Source: a virus (Duplodnaviria; Caudoviricetes). Taken from it: a stretch of 64,000 bases of DNA. The position numbers and the translations under genes are program-made. This document shows, piece after piece, positions 63,981-64,000 of the stretch (position 1 is its first letter; each line of letters begins with the position of its first letter). The DNA lies in the IMG/VR virus record IMGVR_UViG_3300013121_000005, positions 160,001-224,000 of that record. One strand, 5' to 3'. Below the pieces are notes generated by a model that worked only from the letters and a program-made list of their open reading frames with translations, did no database searches and was not told the DNA's origin.

Positions 63981-64000
63981 ACCAGAAAGACATGAATATG

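Noticed and set aside
1-64000. CRISPR array, DGR, rRNA, integrase or transposase
   Set aside because: No spaced direct repeats, reverse transcriptase, TR/VR pair or recombinase motifs were seen. The repeats found are in-frame coding duplications.
1-64000. Stop-codon reassignment
   Set aside because: TAA, TAG and TGA all terminate genes at tightly coupled junctions, and long ORFs are intact in code 11.

Overview
This window reads as part of a large (jumbo-like) contractile-tailed dsDNA phage genome. All credible genes are on the + strand, tightly packed, in the standard bacterial code. 1-31.7 kb is a baseplate/tail-fibre structural block: baseplate J-like, gpI-like, two tail-collar-like paralogues, two DUF4815-like paralogues, and 1788-, 2346- and 1525-aa fibre/adhesin proteins. 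31.7-34.6 kb is a putative lysis/envelope cassette: holin-like, single-TM protein, secreted outer-membrane beta-strand protein. 34.63-34.87 kb is a non-coding, highly structured region ending in a 52-nt tRNA mimic. 34.9-51.7 kb holds replication/metabolism genes: SNF2 helicase with LAGLIDADG intein, degenerate loader, DnaB, stand-alone primase Zn finger, family A DNA polymerase, DUF2997-DUF1257-Ycf46 AAA trio, NT5C, dead RecA, DHFR. 51.7-64 kb is a cluster of otherwise unrelated proteins (nitrilase, two zincin peptidases flanking an intein-containing ClpX, J-domain protein, RelA/SpoT-like nucleotidyltransferase), most of which share a short [ILM]xRx[VI]xxR[FY] peptide; two also share a 27-aa His-Pro module. 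The best candidates for undescribed biology are (i) this shared peptide tag, possibly a virion-cargo sorting/processing signal, (ii) the structured RNA with a tRNA-like 3' end, and (iii) two distinct upstream motifs (GGTGTA and TTCTTTTGATA-like) that partition replication from structural genes. All family calls are from motif recognition by eye; no database search was run.
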